DNA of 63,943 bases, the filler included, from an uncultured Methanosarcinales archaeon (GTDB lineage: Archaea > Nanobdellota > Nanobdellia > Woesearchaeales > CAZXZL01): assembly GCA_964645415.1 (NCBI GenBank). It is 8 parts of 8 records of this genome, joined end to end, with 100 filler letters (N's around TTAATTAATTAA, not from the genome) between each part and the next. Parts side by side here need not be neighbours in the genome. Positions count along the whole stretch, not along the records: positions 28,938 to 36,616 come from CAZXZL010000040.1; positions 36,717 to 44,227 come from CAZXZL010000041.1; 6 more parts are not named here. One strand, given 5' to 3'. The first letter of the stretch is position 1, and each line of letters opens with the position of its first letter. A program made the translations under genes and the position numbers. The notes beneath the pieces were generated by a model. The model saw nothing but the letters and a program-made list of their open reading frames with translations, was not told the DNA's origin and did not search any database. Positions 30,367 to 39,920 of this stretch are shown here, one piece after another.

Positions 30367-30413
30367 AGAATAAAACTATCTAAATAAAATATCTTCAGCA
30401 GTTCTATCAATTA
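30367..30413. repeat. 47-bp direct repeat, copy 2 (3' end of the 501-aa gene)
   Basis: Identical to 28946-28992. Confidence 0.9.
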
Positions 30414-31881
30414 ATAAAGGTAAATCCATAGAATCAGCATACTTAACAACTTCCTCAGGATTACTCAATGAAGTTACTTTTTTAGAAGATAACTTAGTAG
30501 GATCTAAAAAGAATACATCAGTAGAATAATCAGGATTAATTCTCAAAGCTTTCAAATAAGCATGACGATAATCTCCAATAACATCAGATTCCACACCAAA
30601 TCTCCAATTACTAAACTTATCTTCATCTAAATGAGATAAATAATCATTAAGATAATGAGCAGAAATTGCAGCATAATCAGAACATTTCCCAGATAATTTA
30701 TCTTGATTAAAAGTTCCCTCAACATAATCATCCAATGTAGCATACTCTTCAATAACATTTCTTGCAAAATAAGTCGCAAAAATAATAGATTCACCAGCAG
30801 TATAATCAACAATATCTTTACCCATATTATCAGTCAAACCACCAATCTTTTTATCATTTAGAATAATATCTCTAGTTCTTTTTTGAGCCAATTCTCTAAA
30901 CAATTTCTTTGATTCAATAGATAAAATTTTATTTAACTCCTTATCACTACATCCTTTTGGTTTATCAAGTAAAGAATTTCGAATCATATCAACAAGATTA
31001 TTTTCAACTGGTTTATTTGAACCACTAATATCATAATTATCCTCCATTTCTAAAAGATAAGATGGATCTCTAATTTCTGATTTTAACATTAAATCAATCA
31101 TAGTTTTATATGTCCCATAAGCAAAGCTCAATCCTTTCAAAGCATTTTCTTTACCTTCCCTTCTAACATTAGGTACATCTTTAATTAAATTAACTAAACC
31201 ATTATAATTTTTTAAAAAATCAACAGTATCAATAGCTAAATTACCACTTTTATCATATCTTCGCTTAGTTGCATCTAAATCAGAAAAATTAAAAACCTTA
31301 AAAATATAATCACGAATTTCATCATGTCTTTTAGAATCATTCATGAAAAATTCATCTCTCTTTAAATCTAAAAGAATATCAAAATTCATATAAACAGTTC
31401 CACGATTACTATAAGGAGAATCAAGTTCTATTCTTAAATTACCAAACTTATCAAACATATAATTATTAATATGTTCAACATCAAAACCAATAGGATAATT
31501 TAAAAAACCTTTACTCAATTTAAAAGCATATGTTGGTAAATTTTCCTTATAATCTTTAGTTGTTGTAACTCTTGATTTCAAAACATCTTTTTTAGGAGTC
31601 ACATATTTTTCAAAACCATACTCTTCAACAGCATCTTTTGCTTTCAAAGAAACCTCTAAATCATTTCTATTATTTTCATTAATATTAAAATCTTGATCTT
31701 CTAAATATTCATCAATCTTAGATTCTAAATTCTTTTTATTTAAAGAAGATTTAATTTTATTATCAATTGATTTCTCTTCAAGATAACTTTCTTCAAGATA
31801 ATCCAATCTTTCTTTTAATAACTCAACTTCATCAGGTTTATTTAAACCCAAGCGATTTTTAATTTTATCAATTAAACTCAT
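30376..31881 (-). CDS. Hypothetical protein with C-terminal transglutaminase-like (Cys-His-Asp) domain
   Basis: GKCSDYA...HAY...FFLDPT. Confidence 0.6.
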   Translation of the reverse strand: MSLIDKIKNRLGLNKPDEVELLKERLDYLEESYLEEKSIDNKIKSSLNKKNLESKIDEYLEDQDFNINENNRNDLEVSLKAKDAVEEYGFEKYVTPKKDVLKSRVTTTKDYKENLPTYAFKLSKGFLNYPIGFDVEHINNYMFDKFGNLRIELDSPYSNRGTVYMNFDILLDLKRDEFFMNDSKRHDEIRDYIFKVFNFSDLDATKRRYDKSGNLAIDTVDFLKNYNGLVNLIKDVPNVRREGKENALKGLSFAYGTYKTMIDLMLKSEIRDPSYLLEMEDNYDISGSNKPVENNLVDMIRNSLLDKPKGCSDKELNKILSIESKKLFRELAQKRTRDIILNDKKIGGLTDNMGKDIVDYTAGESIIFATYFARNVIEEYATLDDYVEGTFNQDKLSGKCSDYAAISAHYLNDYLSHLDEDKFSNWRFGVESDVIGDYRHAYLKALRINPDYSTDVFFLDPTKLSSKKVTSLSNPEEVVKYADSMDLPLLIDRTAEDILFR

Positions 31882-31953
31882 AATAAAAACGAGAAAAAAG
31901 AATTATTTATAAATGTAACTACTCATAAAAAATAAAAGAAATAAAATAAAAAA

Positions 31954-32100
31954 TTATCTTTCAGCCAATTCAAAATCATTGAACTCAATAACATCATAAC
32001 TTTTAGTTCTACAAACAATAGTTTCACCCTTATCTTCAAGAACCATTAGCCATTCCTTATCAAGTTTATGCTCAACAATTTGTCCTTTTTCATATTTCAT
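31954..32100 (-). CDS. Small 48-aa beta-rich protein
   Basis: MKYEKGQIVEHKLDKEWLMVLEDKGETIVCRTKSYDVIEFNDFELAER; GAGGTGA SD; below the ORF-track cutoff. Confidence 0.7.
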   Translation of the reverse strand: MKYEKGQIVEHKLDKEWLMVLEDKGETIVCRTKSYDVIEFNDFELAER

Positions 32101-32189
32101 TTTTTCACCTCTAAACAACTTTTTATAATTCTCTTTATTGATATTACTTTTTATTAAAGATTATAATTATTTGAATATCTCAATTAAAG

Positions 32190-32285
32190 TTAAGTGTCTC
32201 TTCGTAATCTTCTTCGAAGGTAGTATTCGTTCTATCATCTTCGATTGTATTATTCGTTTTTCATCTAATTAAAATAAAATAAAAA
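32190..32285 (+). repeat. Mosaic repeat: three T[AC]TTCG units
   Basis: Units at 32199, 32224 and 32251, followed by TCTAATTAAAATAAAA as at 63-78. Confidence 0.7.
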
Positions 32286-32292
32286 TAAAAAA

Positions 32293-33573
32293 TCAATTCA
32301 AACCACGTAATGCACTTGTTTCATTCAAAAATATCAATGCATCATACCTTCTAGAAATTAATGTAGGAACATAATTTCCTCTCTCTTGATTAGGATTATA
32401 AGTAACTCCAATTGCTCTATGTGTCATTTGAGACACATCATCACGGCTTTCATTAAAAATAAATAATGCTTTATCAAGACCATGACTGCTAAAAAGATTT
32501 CCATAACTACCTCTCATAGCTTCAGGAACATCCATAATTTCTTTATTAGAACCCCAACTACTTCCAGCACTAACCTTACCAGTATTCTTTGCAAAACCTA
32601 ATATAAAAACATCATCATACCACTCTCTAAGTAATTGACCAATGTTAAATTGACCTTGATTACCCATAGCACTAAATCTTGCATCACCCATATGTGTATT
32701 ATGTGCCCAAAAAGCTCCCTTTGAGTCTTCTCCATAGTATCTGTTTAATCTCTCAGCAGTTCTAGCAAAATGCTCAGCACGAACATTCCAAGAACCAGGA
32801 TCTCCTTGTGCAGATTTTCTATAAAATCCTTCAGCAGACTTTAAAACATTTAAACTTTGAAAAATTAAAAGATTATCTTTATTAGAAACATCATCATAAT
32901 TTTCATATAAATAATTTCCAAACTCATTAAGTTCATCTTCACAATCATCATTTTGACTAATAACAAAATTAGGATAATAATCAAAATCAAAACCAAATAA
33001 GCTCATACACTCTCTTAAATCAGCTAAATATTCATTTTCATCGATTAAATTAGAAAGTAAATCAAAACTACCCTCAGCACTATAAACATCAAAACCATAA
33101 ATTCCAACCATATCTTCATAATCTTTATCAGAATTATATTCTCTAAGCCATTCAATTAAATCAAGAATTACATCATTTTTCCACATCCATTGAGGCCATC
33201 TTTCAATACTTTGCATAACTTCTCTAGAATCATCATCAGTTCTATGTTTAACATAATCATTCAATTCTAACATAACACTCCAATCTCCCTCAACAGCAAC
33301 ATAATCAAAATCATGTTTATCAATTAATCTTTTAGAAATATCTTTTCTAATAGTATAATACTCATAAGTTCCATGTGTTGATTCTCCTAATAAAACAAAT
33401 CTATTATCTTTAAATTCATCAATTAATTCTTCATAATCATATAAATCATTCATAACTCTTCCACTTAAACCCTCTTCAATTTCAAAAAATTCATCTTCAA
33501 AAAGAGCTTGATCTTGACATCCAGAAAACAAAAAGCTAACCATTAAAACAATAAAGAATATTTTTAATTTCAT
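32293..33573 (-). CDS. Erythromycin esterase family lipoprotein
   Basis: LLGESTHGTYEYY, VAVEGDW, RWPQWMW, WAHNTHMGDAR, HRAIGVTY; lipobox FSGC. Confidence 0.92.
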   Translation of the reverse strand: MKLKIFFIVLMVSFLFSGCQDQALFEDEFFEIEEGLSGRVMNDLYDYEELIDEFKDNRFVLLGESTHGTYEYYTIRKDISKRLIDKHDFDYVAVEGDWSVMLELNDYVKHRTDDDSREVMQSIERWPQWMWKNDVILDLIEWLREYNSDKDYEDMVGIYGFDVYSAEGSFDLLSNLIDENEYLADLRECMSLFGFDFDYYPNFVISQNDDCEDELNEFGNYLYENYDDVSNKDNLLIFQSLNVLKSAEGFYRKSAQGDPGSWNVRAEHFARTAERLNRYYGEDSKGAFWAHNTHMGDARFSAMGNQGQFNIGQLLREWYDDVFILGFAKNTGKVSAGSSWGSNKEIMDVPEAMRGSYGNLFSSHGLDKALFIFNESRDDVSQMTHRAIGVTYNPNQERGNYVPTLISRRYDALIFLNETSALRGLN

Positions 33574-33619
33574 CTTAGAATTAAATTAAATAATTTAATT
33601 TAAAGTTTATGATATTAAA

Positions 33620-34273
33620 TTAAAGAATAAAAATATAATACTTAAGAGGTTTTTTCATAGAATTTTTAATCCAGTCATTAATATATTTAGAATCTAATTC
33701 ATCTCTATTCCTTATCTTTAAGATATTTTCAGCATTTAATGTATCATAATATTCTCTAAAAGATTCACTTACTGTTTTTAGATAATTTTTATCATCTTCT
33801 CTAAAACCTTTTCCTTCAGTTTTCCATCTTTTTTCTAAATTAGTTAAAATATCTTCCAAAGGTAAATCGATGAAAACAATATTTTTTGGTTTTAATTTAT
33901 CAGGATGAATCTCTTCTTGTTTCTTTACTAGATAATTATACTCTTTGTTAGAGATATCTCCATACTTAAAAGCAGCTTTCAAGTAAGATAAAGTATCATG
34001 CATACACCGATCTTCTAATATTATTTTATTTGATTTATTTTGTAACTTTTTATGATACTTTGCTTTATTCAACCTTTTATACATATTATTAAGAGCATAT
34101 TTAGAAGTTTCAGAGTATAATTCCTTAATCCTTTCTTTTTTTCTTTTACTTCCAACCTGTTTCAATTTTTTAGGATTCCCTTCAATATAATCATTATTTT
34201 CTAATAAAGATGAAATTAAAGTTGTTTTTCCACATCCACTTGGTCCTGAAAAATAAGTAATTTTTTCCAACAT
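33620..34273 (-). CDS. Deoxynucleoside/thymidylate kinase family P-loop protein
   Basis: GPSGCGKTT, ILEDR, P..IVFID...L.KR, YL. Confidence 0.75.
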   Translation of the reverse strand: MLEKITYFSGPSGCGKTTLISSLLENNDYIEGNPKKLKQVGSKRKKERIKELYSETSKYALNNMYKRLNKAKYHKKLQNKSNKIILEDRCMHDTLSYLKAAFKYGDISNKEYNYLVKKQEEIHPDKLKPKNIVFIDLPLEDILTNLEKRWKTEGKGFREDDKNYLKTVSESFREYYDTLNAENILKIRNRDELDSKYINDWIKNSMKKPLKYYIFIL

Positions 34274-34274
34274 T

Positions 34275-34772
34275 TTAACTTTCAAGTATCTCTTTTAATT
34301 CTTTCCAAGAGATATAATTTATATTTAATCTTTCATTTATCTCATCAGGTAATTTTTTACTAATTAATTCATTTATTATGTAAATCTGTTTTTTTTCTAT
34401 ACCTTTTGGATTAAACCACCTACTGTAAGATATTTCAGCTAAAGTCCCAACAGAATATCCTATACAGATAAATAAATCTGATACCTCATTTAATTTTTCA
34501 GGTTGATTTCTCCAAGTACCACAGTTAATTGTTTCTCCTAAGTTTATATTTACCCAGTCATAACCAAATTCTTCATCATCTTCTGGAATAATTTGATAAA
34601 CTTTTTTCCCATTACTTTCTTTAAAATTTTTTGCAAGATGTTCACTTGAAGAACCTTTATCTGCAGTAATTAATATCTCATGTCCTGTATCAGCAATTAT
34701 CTTAGAAATTTTAGAAATAATTATTTCTTTATCTTTCCAGTTTCTTGATGGACCAATAATTCCAATTTTCAT
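34275..34772 (-). CDS. SLOG (LOG/Smf-like) family protein
   Basis: MKIGIIG N-terminal strand; SDLFICIGYSVGTLAEI resembles the LOG GGxGTLxE motif. Confidence 0.65.
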   Translation of the reverse strand: MKIGIIGPSRNWKDKEIIISKISKIIADTGHEILITADKGSSSEHLAKNFKESNGKKVYQIIPEDDEEFGYDWVNINLGETINCGTWRNQPEKLNEVSDLFICIGYSVGTLAEISYSRWFNPKGIEKKQIYIINELISKKLPDEINERLNINYISWKELKEILES

Positions 34773-35546
34773 TTAAGGCACCTCTGAATTTTCCCAGATC
34801 ATTTTAAAATAATTTTTTAATCCTTGAACAATGATAGGACTTCTAATAAATATTACTTTTGGTTTATCATTTTTAAAATCAAAATTAAATACCCAAATTT
34901 TATTATTTGAAAAAGCAATTAGTATCTCTCCCATTTCTTTAAACTTAGCATATCTAACCTTTGTTAGTTTTGAATTAGCAGAACTAGCACCCCCATGCCA
35001 TTTAAAAACTCCTTTAAAAAATATCCCTTTCTTTACTCTCCTTTTAATAAATTTTTTCCACCAATAATAAAATGTTTTTTCAAACAAATCTTCATAACCA
35101 AATGCATGAACAGTATCTCCCTTCTCTAAATTTAAAATACTTTCTAAAACATTTTTCATCTCTCGTTTACCTTCATATATTTCGACACTAAATTCATTTT
35201 CAGGAACACTTACTTCAGAAATCTTATTTGCTTTTTTTATGAAATCATTAATATTATCTTCTTTTTCTTTTAGCTTATTCAATTTCTTTTGATACAATTC
35301 TTTAATTCTTTCTGGTCTTGTTACAGAAAAGTGTTTTACTTTATTTAATTTTGATGAAAAAACTAAATTTTTTTCTTTCAATCTTTTAATAATTCTATAA
35401 ATATTTGACCTATCAAGCTTTGTATGTTTAGAAATCTCACCTGCTTTCTTTGTACCAAATTTAAGTAAATAGAGATATACTTTAATCTCTCCATCAGTTA
35501 GACCAATTTCTTCTAATATATTTTTGTCATGATCAATTGGTTTCAT
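34773..35546 (-). CDS. TrmB family transcriptional regulator
   Basis: LEEIGLTDGEIKVYLYLL...RSNIYRIIKRL.EK; VEIYEG effector domain. Confidence 0.88.
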   Translation of the reverse strand: MKPIDHDKNILEEIGLTDGEIKVYLYLLKFGTKKAGEISKHTKLDRSNIYRIIKRLKEKNLVFSSKLNKVKHFSVTRPERIKELYQKKLNKLKEKEDNINDFIKKANKISEVSVPENEFSVEIYEGKREMKNVLESILNLEKGDTVHAFGYEDLFEKTFYYWWKKFIKRRVKKGIFFKGVFKWHGGASSANSKLTKVRYAKFKEMGEILIAFSNNKIWVFNFDFKNDKPKVIFIRSPIIVQGLKNYFKMIWENSEVP

Positions 35547-35705
35547 ATTGTATATTATAATTCTAAACTTATAAAATTGTTGTTTTGTAGTGCACCAACA
35601 AAAGTATTTAAGTTATAAACTTTGAGTTAATACAATTGGTTTATTTATAAAAGTATATAGCAAGAAACTTAAATAAAGTTAAATAAAAAATAAAAAGGTG
35701 ATAAT

Positions 35706-36023
35706 ATGAAAAGACAAAAGATTTTATCTTTAAATCAAAATCAAAACATAATCACTTTTAAAATTGAAAAAAATAACAGCTATCTTAATTTTATAACTAA
35801 ATTACTTAAAAAATATAACATAAATAAAAAAAATAGTGAAATAAATCATAAAAAAGATACACATAACATCTATTTAAGTGAAAAAGTACGTATCTTTGAG
35901 TTTATAGGAGATAAGGCTATTTTTTTAATGATTATCACTGATTATAAAGAAAAGTTAATTAAAATACTAAAAAAAGAAACATATTTTGGAAAAGAAATTA
36001 TAAACTATAAATTCTTAAAATGA
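35706..36023 (+). CDS. Hypothetical protein
   Basis: 105-aa ORF with an AGGTGA SD. Confidence 0.6.
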   Translation: MKRQKILSLNQNQNIITFKIEKNNSYLNFITKLLKKYNINKKNSEINHKKDTHNIYLSEKVRIFEFIGDKAIFLMIITDYKEKLIKILKKETYFGKEIINYKFLK

Positions 36024-36050
36024 TCATTTTTACTTTAAATTGTTTTCAAA

Positions 36051-36407
36051 TTAATATAGTGGACAACCAGTAAGTTCAGATAATTCTCCAAGATCCATTA
36101 TTCCAGAATATAATTCTCCCTCAATATCCCATGATGGAAAACCTTCAACTCCTCTTGCATTACATTCAGGTGTATTTCTATCACAATCAATATAATTAAC
36201 TAAATCAAAAGAACCATCAAACATATCTTTTTGCCTTTGACAAAAATCACACCATTCAGTACCATACATTACAACACCTTCACTATTAAGACATTTTGCA
36301 AATTCATCAAATGCACCTGGTGTTCTTGGTCTAAAAGACAAGAAAAGAATAACAGATAAAAATAAAACTCCCACCAATACAAAGACTATTTTATGTTTTT
36401 TTTCCAT
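36051..36407 (-). CDS. Membrane-anchored thioredoxin-like protein
   Basis: TM helix, FAKCL, MYGTEWCDFC, C...GVEGFPSW. Confidence 0.85.
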   Translation of the reverse strand: MEKKHKIVFVLVGVLFLSVILFLSFRPRTPGAFDEFAKCLNSEGVVMYGTEWCDFCQRQKDMFDGSFDLVNYIDCDRNTPECNARGVEGFPSWDIEGELYSGIMDLGELSELTGCPLY

Positions 36408-36524
36408 ATATAAAACCTTCAAAATTATTGAAATCTAAAAAGACCTTCTTAAATCAGATATTTCAACTTGAATCTTATTACTATTAACAATAGTTAATAT
36501 AAAATATATTTTATAAAATTTATG

Positions 36525-36616
36525 AAATAAAATCTCTTCGTTTTATCATCTTCGATGTTTTTAGGGCAAAATCATCTAATTCAAAATGTCGAATTTTCTG
36601 TAAGAAAATTCTCTTA
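36525..36616 (+). repeat. Mosaic repeat copy with secondary hairpin 36591-36611
   Basis: TAGGGCAAAATCATCTAA; GAATTTTCT-GTA-AGAAAATTC. Confidence 0.8.
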
Positions 36617-36716
36617 NNNNNNNNNNNNNNNNNNNNNNNNNNNNNNNNNNNNNNNNNNNNTTAATTAATTAANNNNNNNNNNNNNNNNNNNNNNNNNNNN
36701 NNNNNNNNNNNNNNNN

Positions 36717-36925
36717 TTGAGCAGGATGGTACCATTCTAAAGAATGGCACGTTAGTTTCTATAATATTCTATTTGTTTTTATTTTTGTTTTTATAAAATC
36801 CTTTTTTTTAATTTGGATGATTTTGATTTCTACATCATCGAAGATAAAAAGAGATTTCTAATTCCTTTAGCTAAAGACGAATATTATTTTTTAAAGAAAA
36901 TTTTGCCCTACACACTGCACTTTAA
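36717..36925 (-). repeat. Mosaic repeat copy (core hairpin 36729-36750)
   Basis: Minus strand GTGTAGGGCAAAA...TATTCG...AAATCATC...GTGCCATTC-TTTA-GAATGGTACCATCC. Confidence 0.85.
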
Positions 36926-36996
36926 AGAAGATATAATCTTTAGCACTTTTCTATAAAAAAATAACTCTTTTTTTATATGGTTTTAAGAAAATAAAA

Positions 36997-37079
36997 CGCC
37001 GAGGGTGGGATTTGAACCCACGCAGGCTACGCCCAGTAGCTTAGCAGGCTACCGCAATACCAGACTATGCGACCTCGGC
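36997..37079 (-). tRNA. tRNA-Ser(GCT)
   Basis: GCCGAGG/CCTCGGC acceptor stem, GTAGC-CTGCTAA-GCTAC anticodon arm, long variable arm, GTGGG-TTCAAAT-CCCAC T arm; no encoded CCA. Confidence 0.95.
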
Positions 37080-37127
37080 TTCTTAATGAAGAAAATAATT
37101 GTATATTAAATATTTTTCTTTTAATTA

Positions 37128-37511
37128 TTAACTTATTTCATTGATATATTTTCTAATTGGTTGTATATTGTGACTTGTTTTAATAGTTTTTAAATTATTT
37201 TTTTTGTTCTTACTAATATTAAAACTTGGAAGAATAAATCTTAACATTTTTTCAAAATCTCTTTTACAACTAATTAAATGTAAATTATTTTCTTTCATCT
37301 CTTTTTTTATATTAGAATAATGTTTTTGTTTTCCTTTGTATTTTCTTTTCCAGGGTTTTATAGTTTTAAAATTCATTTCGGAATAAATTAGTTTTCCAAA
37401 ATTTATTTTAAGTTCTTTTTTTAATTTAAAGTATAATTCTTTTTCAGTTAAGCTTTTTTCTGTTTTTATTAGGATATAAGTCCTTTTTTCACGTATTGTT
37501 TTTTTTTCCAT
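37128..37511 (-). CDS. RNase P protein Pop5/Rpp14-like (divergent)
   Basis: REKRTYIL...FG...LISCKR...TIKTS..I pattern. Confidence 0.6.
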   Translation of the reverse strand: MEKKTIREKRTYILIKTEKSLTEKELYFKLKKELKINFGKLIYSEMNFKTIKPWKRKYKGKQKHYSNIKKEMKENNLHLISCKRDFEKMLRFILPSFNISKNKKNNLKTIKTSHNIQPIRKYINEIS

Positions 37512-37567
37512 TATAAAAAAATTTATATAGAATGCTTTAAAAATATTACTACGTACGGTGATTTATA

Positions 37568-38533
37568 ATGAAAAAATTTATCTTAGTTATATCTTTAATT
37601 TTAGTTGTTTCATTGCTTTCTTCTTGTGAGCTTGAGACTGGAGAAGAAGAAGAGGAGCAGTTTATTTTTGGTTTAGGTGATTTTGCTGGAGGAACTGATG
37701 CAATTGAATTTAGTTTCGAAAGAGATTCACCTCCAGAAACAGTTTATTCTGATGATTCATTTGATATTATCTTTGAAGCTGAGAATTTAGGAGAATATAA
37801 TATTCAACCTAATGAAATGAAATTTATTGTTTGGAATTTACCTTCTTCAAGATTTGATATTTCTAACTCAGAAATCATAAAATATAATCAACAAGATTTT
37901 ATGGGTATGCTTGTTGAAGATGGTGATGAAACTCCTGGTGATAGGAGAGAATTTGTTATTGAAGATGATATTAGACCAGAGGTAGATAGTATCCCCGCTG
38001 GTGGTATGCCATTTTCTGTTAAAGGTGGTTTATGTTTTAAGTATATGACTGATTCTGTTGCAAGCTTATGTTTAGTTGGAGATGATAGGAATCCTGATCA
38101 GGTTTGTGATCCAAATGATGATCCAGAAATTATTAACTCCGGTTCACCTATTCAAGTAAATAATTTTAGGCAATCTTTATCTGGTTCACGTATTAATTTC
38201 AATTTTATGGTTTCTCATCAAGGCTCAGGTCGTTTTTTAGATAATTCTGAAGATGGTGGGGATGTTTCTTGTACTGATAAAGGAACTCGACAAGAAAATA
38301 TGGTCTTCCTTGAATTAAACTCACCTCAAAAAGATATTGATTGTGGTTTTGCTGATGAAGAAGGCCCTGGCCAAATTCAGAGTGGTTTAGTGAGTTTATA
38401 TAACAATGAAAGATTTATCTCTTGTCAAGTTGAAGGAATTGATAATAATTTAAATGAAGTAGTTCCTGTTGATATTAACATTGACTTTAACTATTATCAA
38501 ACAATTCAAAAAGATTTTACATTGAGAGAGTAA
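37568..38533 (+). CDS. Acidic Cys-containing lipoprotein, paralogue 1
   Basis: Lipobox LSSC; GGT..I.FSF...SPP, N.GE, LC[FY].Y, NSGSPIQV. Confidence 0.8.
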   Translation: MKKFILVISLILVVSLLSSCELETGEEEEEQFIFGLGDFAGGTDAIEFSFERDSPPETVYSDDSFDIIFEAENLGEYNIQPNEMKFIVWNLPSSRFDISNSEIIKYNQQDFMGMLVEDGDETPGDRREFVIEDDIRPEVDSIPAGGMPFSVKGGLCFKYMTDSVASLCLVGDDRNPDQVCDPNDDPEIINSGSPIQVNNFRQSLSGSRINFNFMVSHQGSGRFLDNSEDGGDVSCTDKGTRQENMVFLELNSPQKDIDCGFADEEGPGQIQSGLVSLYNNERFISCQVEGIDNNLNEVVPVDINIDFNYYQTIQKDFTLRE

Positions 38534-38544
38534 GGTGAAAAAAG

Positions 38545-39525
38545 ATGAAAAAAATAAAATCAATTTTAATTATTTTGGCAATTAGCTTTTTATTAGTTGG
38601 ATGTGAATTTGAAAGTCCTGATGAAGAGGATGAAATGAGGATAGGTTCTAGTTATATTGGAGGTAGTGGTGAACTAGAAATTTCTTTTATGGAAAATCGT
38701 CCTCCTAGTGAAATATTAGATTCGGGTGAAACATCTTTTGATATTTCTTTACAATTAAAGAATGAAGGTGAAAGTGATGTTACACAAGCAGCAGCAAAAA
38801 TAGAAGGTGTTAATCCTAGTGTTTTAACAGGTACAGATGCAGACTATTTAATTGAAACATTGGATGACTCAATAAGAGGAAGGCAATTGAGAGAGGGTGG
38901 TGATGAAGAACCAGGTGATATTAGTTATATTGAGTTTGAAGATTTAGGTTATCATGAAAGTGTTTCAACAAATATTCCATTAAATCTTAGAGCTAGATTG
39001 TGTTATAATTATGGTGCTAATGCATTGGTTACTGATTTTTGTGTTAAACGAAATCCTTTAGATATTTCTGATGGTGCTTGTGAGGTAAGTGGTGCTAAAG
39101 ATGTTGATTCATCCTCAGCTCCTGTTTCTGTTAGAAATTTTGAACAAAGACCATTAAGTAATGATAGAATTAGAATGTCATTTGATGTTGTTCATCAGAG
39201 TAGTGGGGAAATTATTAACCCTGAGGTTAATGTTAATGCTGATTGTTTCGATGTTGAAAGAAGCGATAGAAATAAAGTAGAAGTAAAAATTGTTGGTGCA
39301 GGTCAAGGAAATATTGATTGTGGTGATAATTTTGAAGTAGATGGAAATGATAAAATTGGATTTGTAAGTCTTTACGGTGGAGATAGAACTTCTGTAAGGT
39401 GTGAGTATACCACTGATGAATCTACCAGTGAGAGAGGCACTGAGGATACAATTCAAATCGCATTAGATTATAATTATAGAGTATCTGATCAGAAGACTAT
39501 TATGTTGAGAGATTCAGGAAACTGA
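38545..39525 (+). CDS. Acidic Cys-containing lipoprotein, paralogue 2
   Basis: Lipobox LVGC; same motif order as the upstream paralogue. Confidence 0.8.
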   Translation: MKKIKSILIILAISFLLVGCEFESPDEEDEMRIGSSYIGGSGELEISFMENRPPSEILDSGETSFDISLQLKNEGESDVTQAAAKIEGVNPSVLTGTDADYLIETLDDSIRGRQLREGGDEEPGDISYIEFEDLGYHESVSTNIPLNLRARLCYNYGANALVTDFCVKRNPLDISDGACEVSGAKDVDSSSAPVSVRNFEQRPLSNDRIRMSFDVVHQSSGEIINPEVNVNADCFDVERSDRNKVEVKIVGAGQGNIDCGDNFEVDGNDKIGFVSLYGGDRTSVRCEYTTDESTSERGTEDTIQIALDYNYRVSDQKTIMLRDSGN

Positions 39526-39608
39526 ATTTCTTAACAAAACATTTATATACTACTCTAAAGACATAAAAGTAAGAGAATATTCTTTTTATTATGGGGTGTT
39601 AAATTATT

Positions 39609-39872
39609 ATGGCTAATGAGGAAAGACATTTATCAAAGCAAATTGTAGGAAAAACTGTTGTTAGTAAGACCGGAAAGCGTTATGGTGAAGTAGGAGATAT
39701 CGTTTTTGAAACTCGTTCTGGTGAATTAATTCATATTGTTTTAAAAAATCCAACTAGTTATTCTGATAAACTTGAACTTGAACAAGATTCTAAGGGAAAC
39801 ATGTTAATTCCATGTAATGCAGTTATTGCTATTGGTGATTTTGTAGTTATTTCTGAAGAAGATATTATTTGA
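39609..39872 (+). CDS. PRC-barrel domain protein (CdpB-like)
   Basis: IVGKTVVSKTGKRYGEVGDIVFETRSG...IP..AVIAIGDFVVI. Confidence 0.9.
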   Translation: MANEERHLSKQIVGKTVVSKTGKRYGEVGDIVFETRSGELIHIVLKNPTSYSDKLELEQDSKGNMLIPCNAVIAIGDFVVISEEDII

Positions 39873-39920
39873 TTTTTTTCTTTTTTACTATTTTTTATTT
39901 TTTATATTAGGGGTTTTAAA

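Noticed and set aside
28938..36616. Integron-like cassette array or provirus in the accessory contig
   Set aside because: No integrase or viral hallmark genes, and the hairpin repeats do not separate individual genes.
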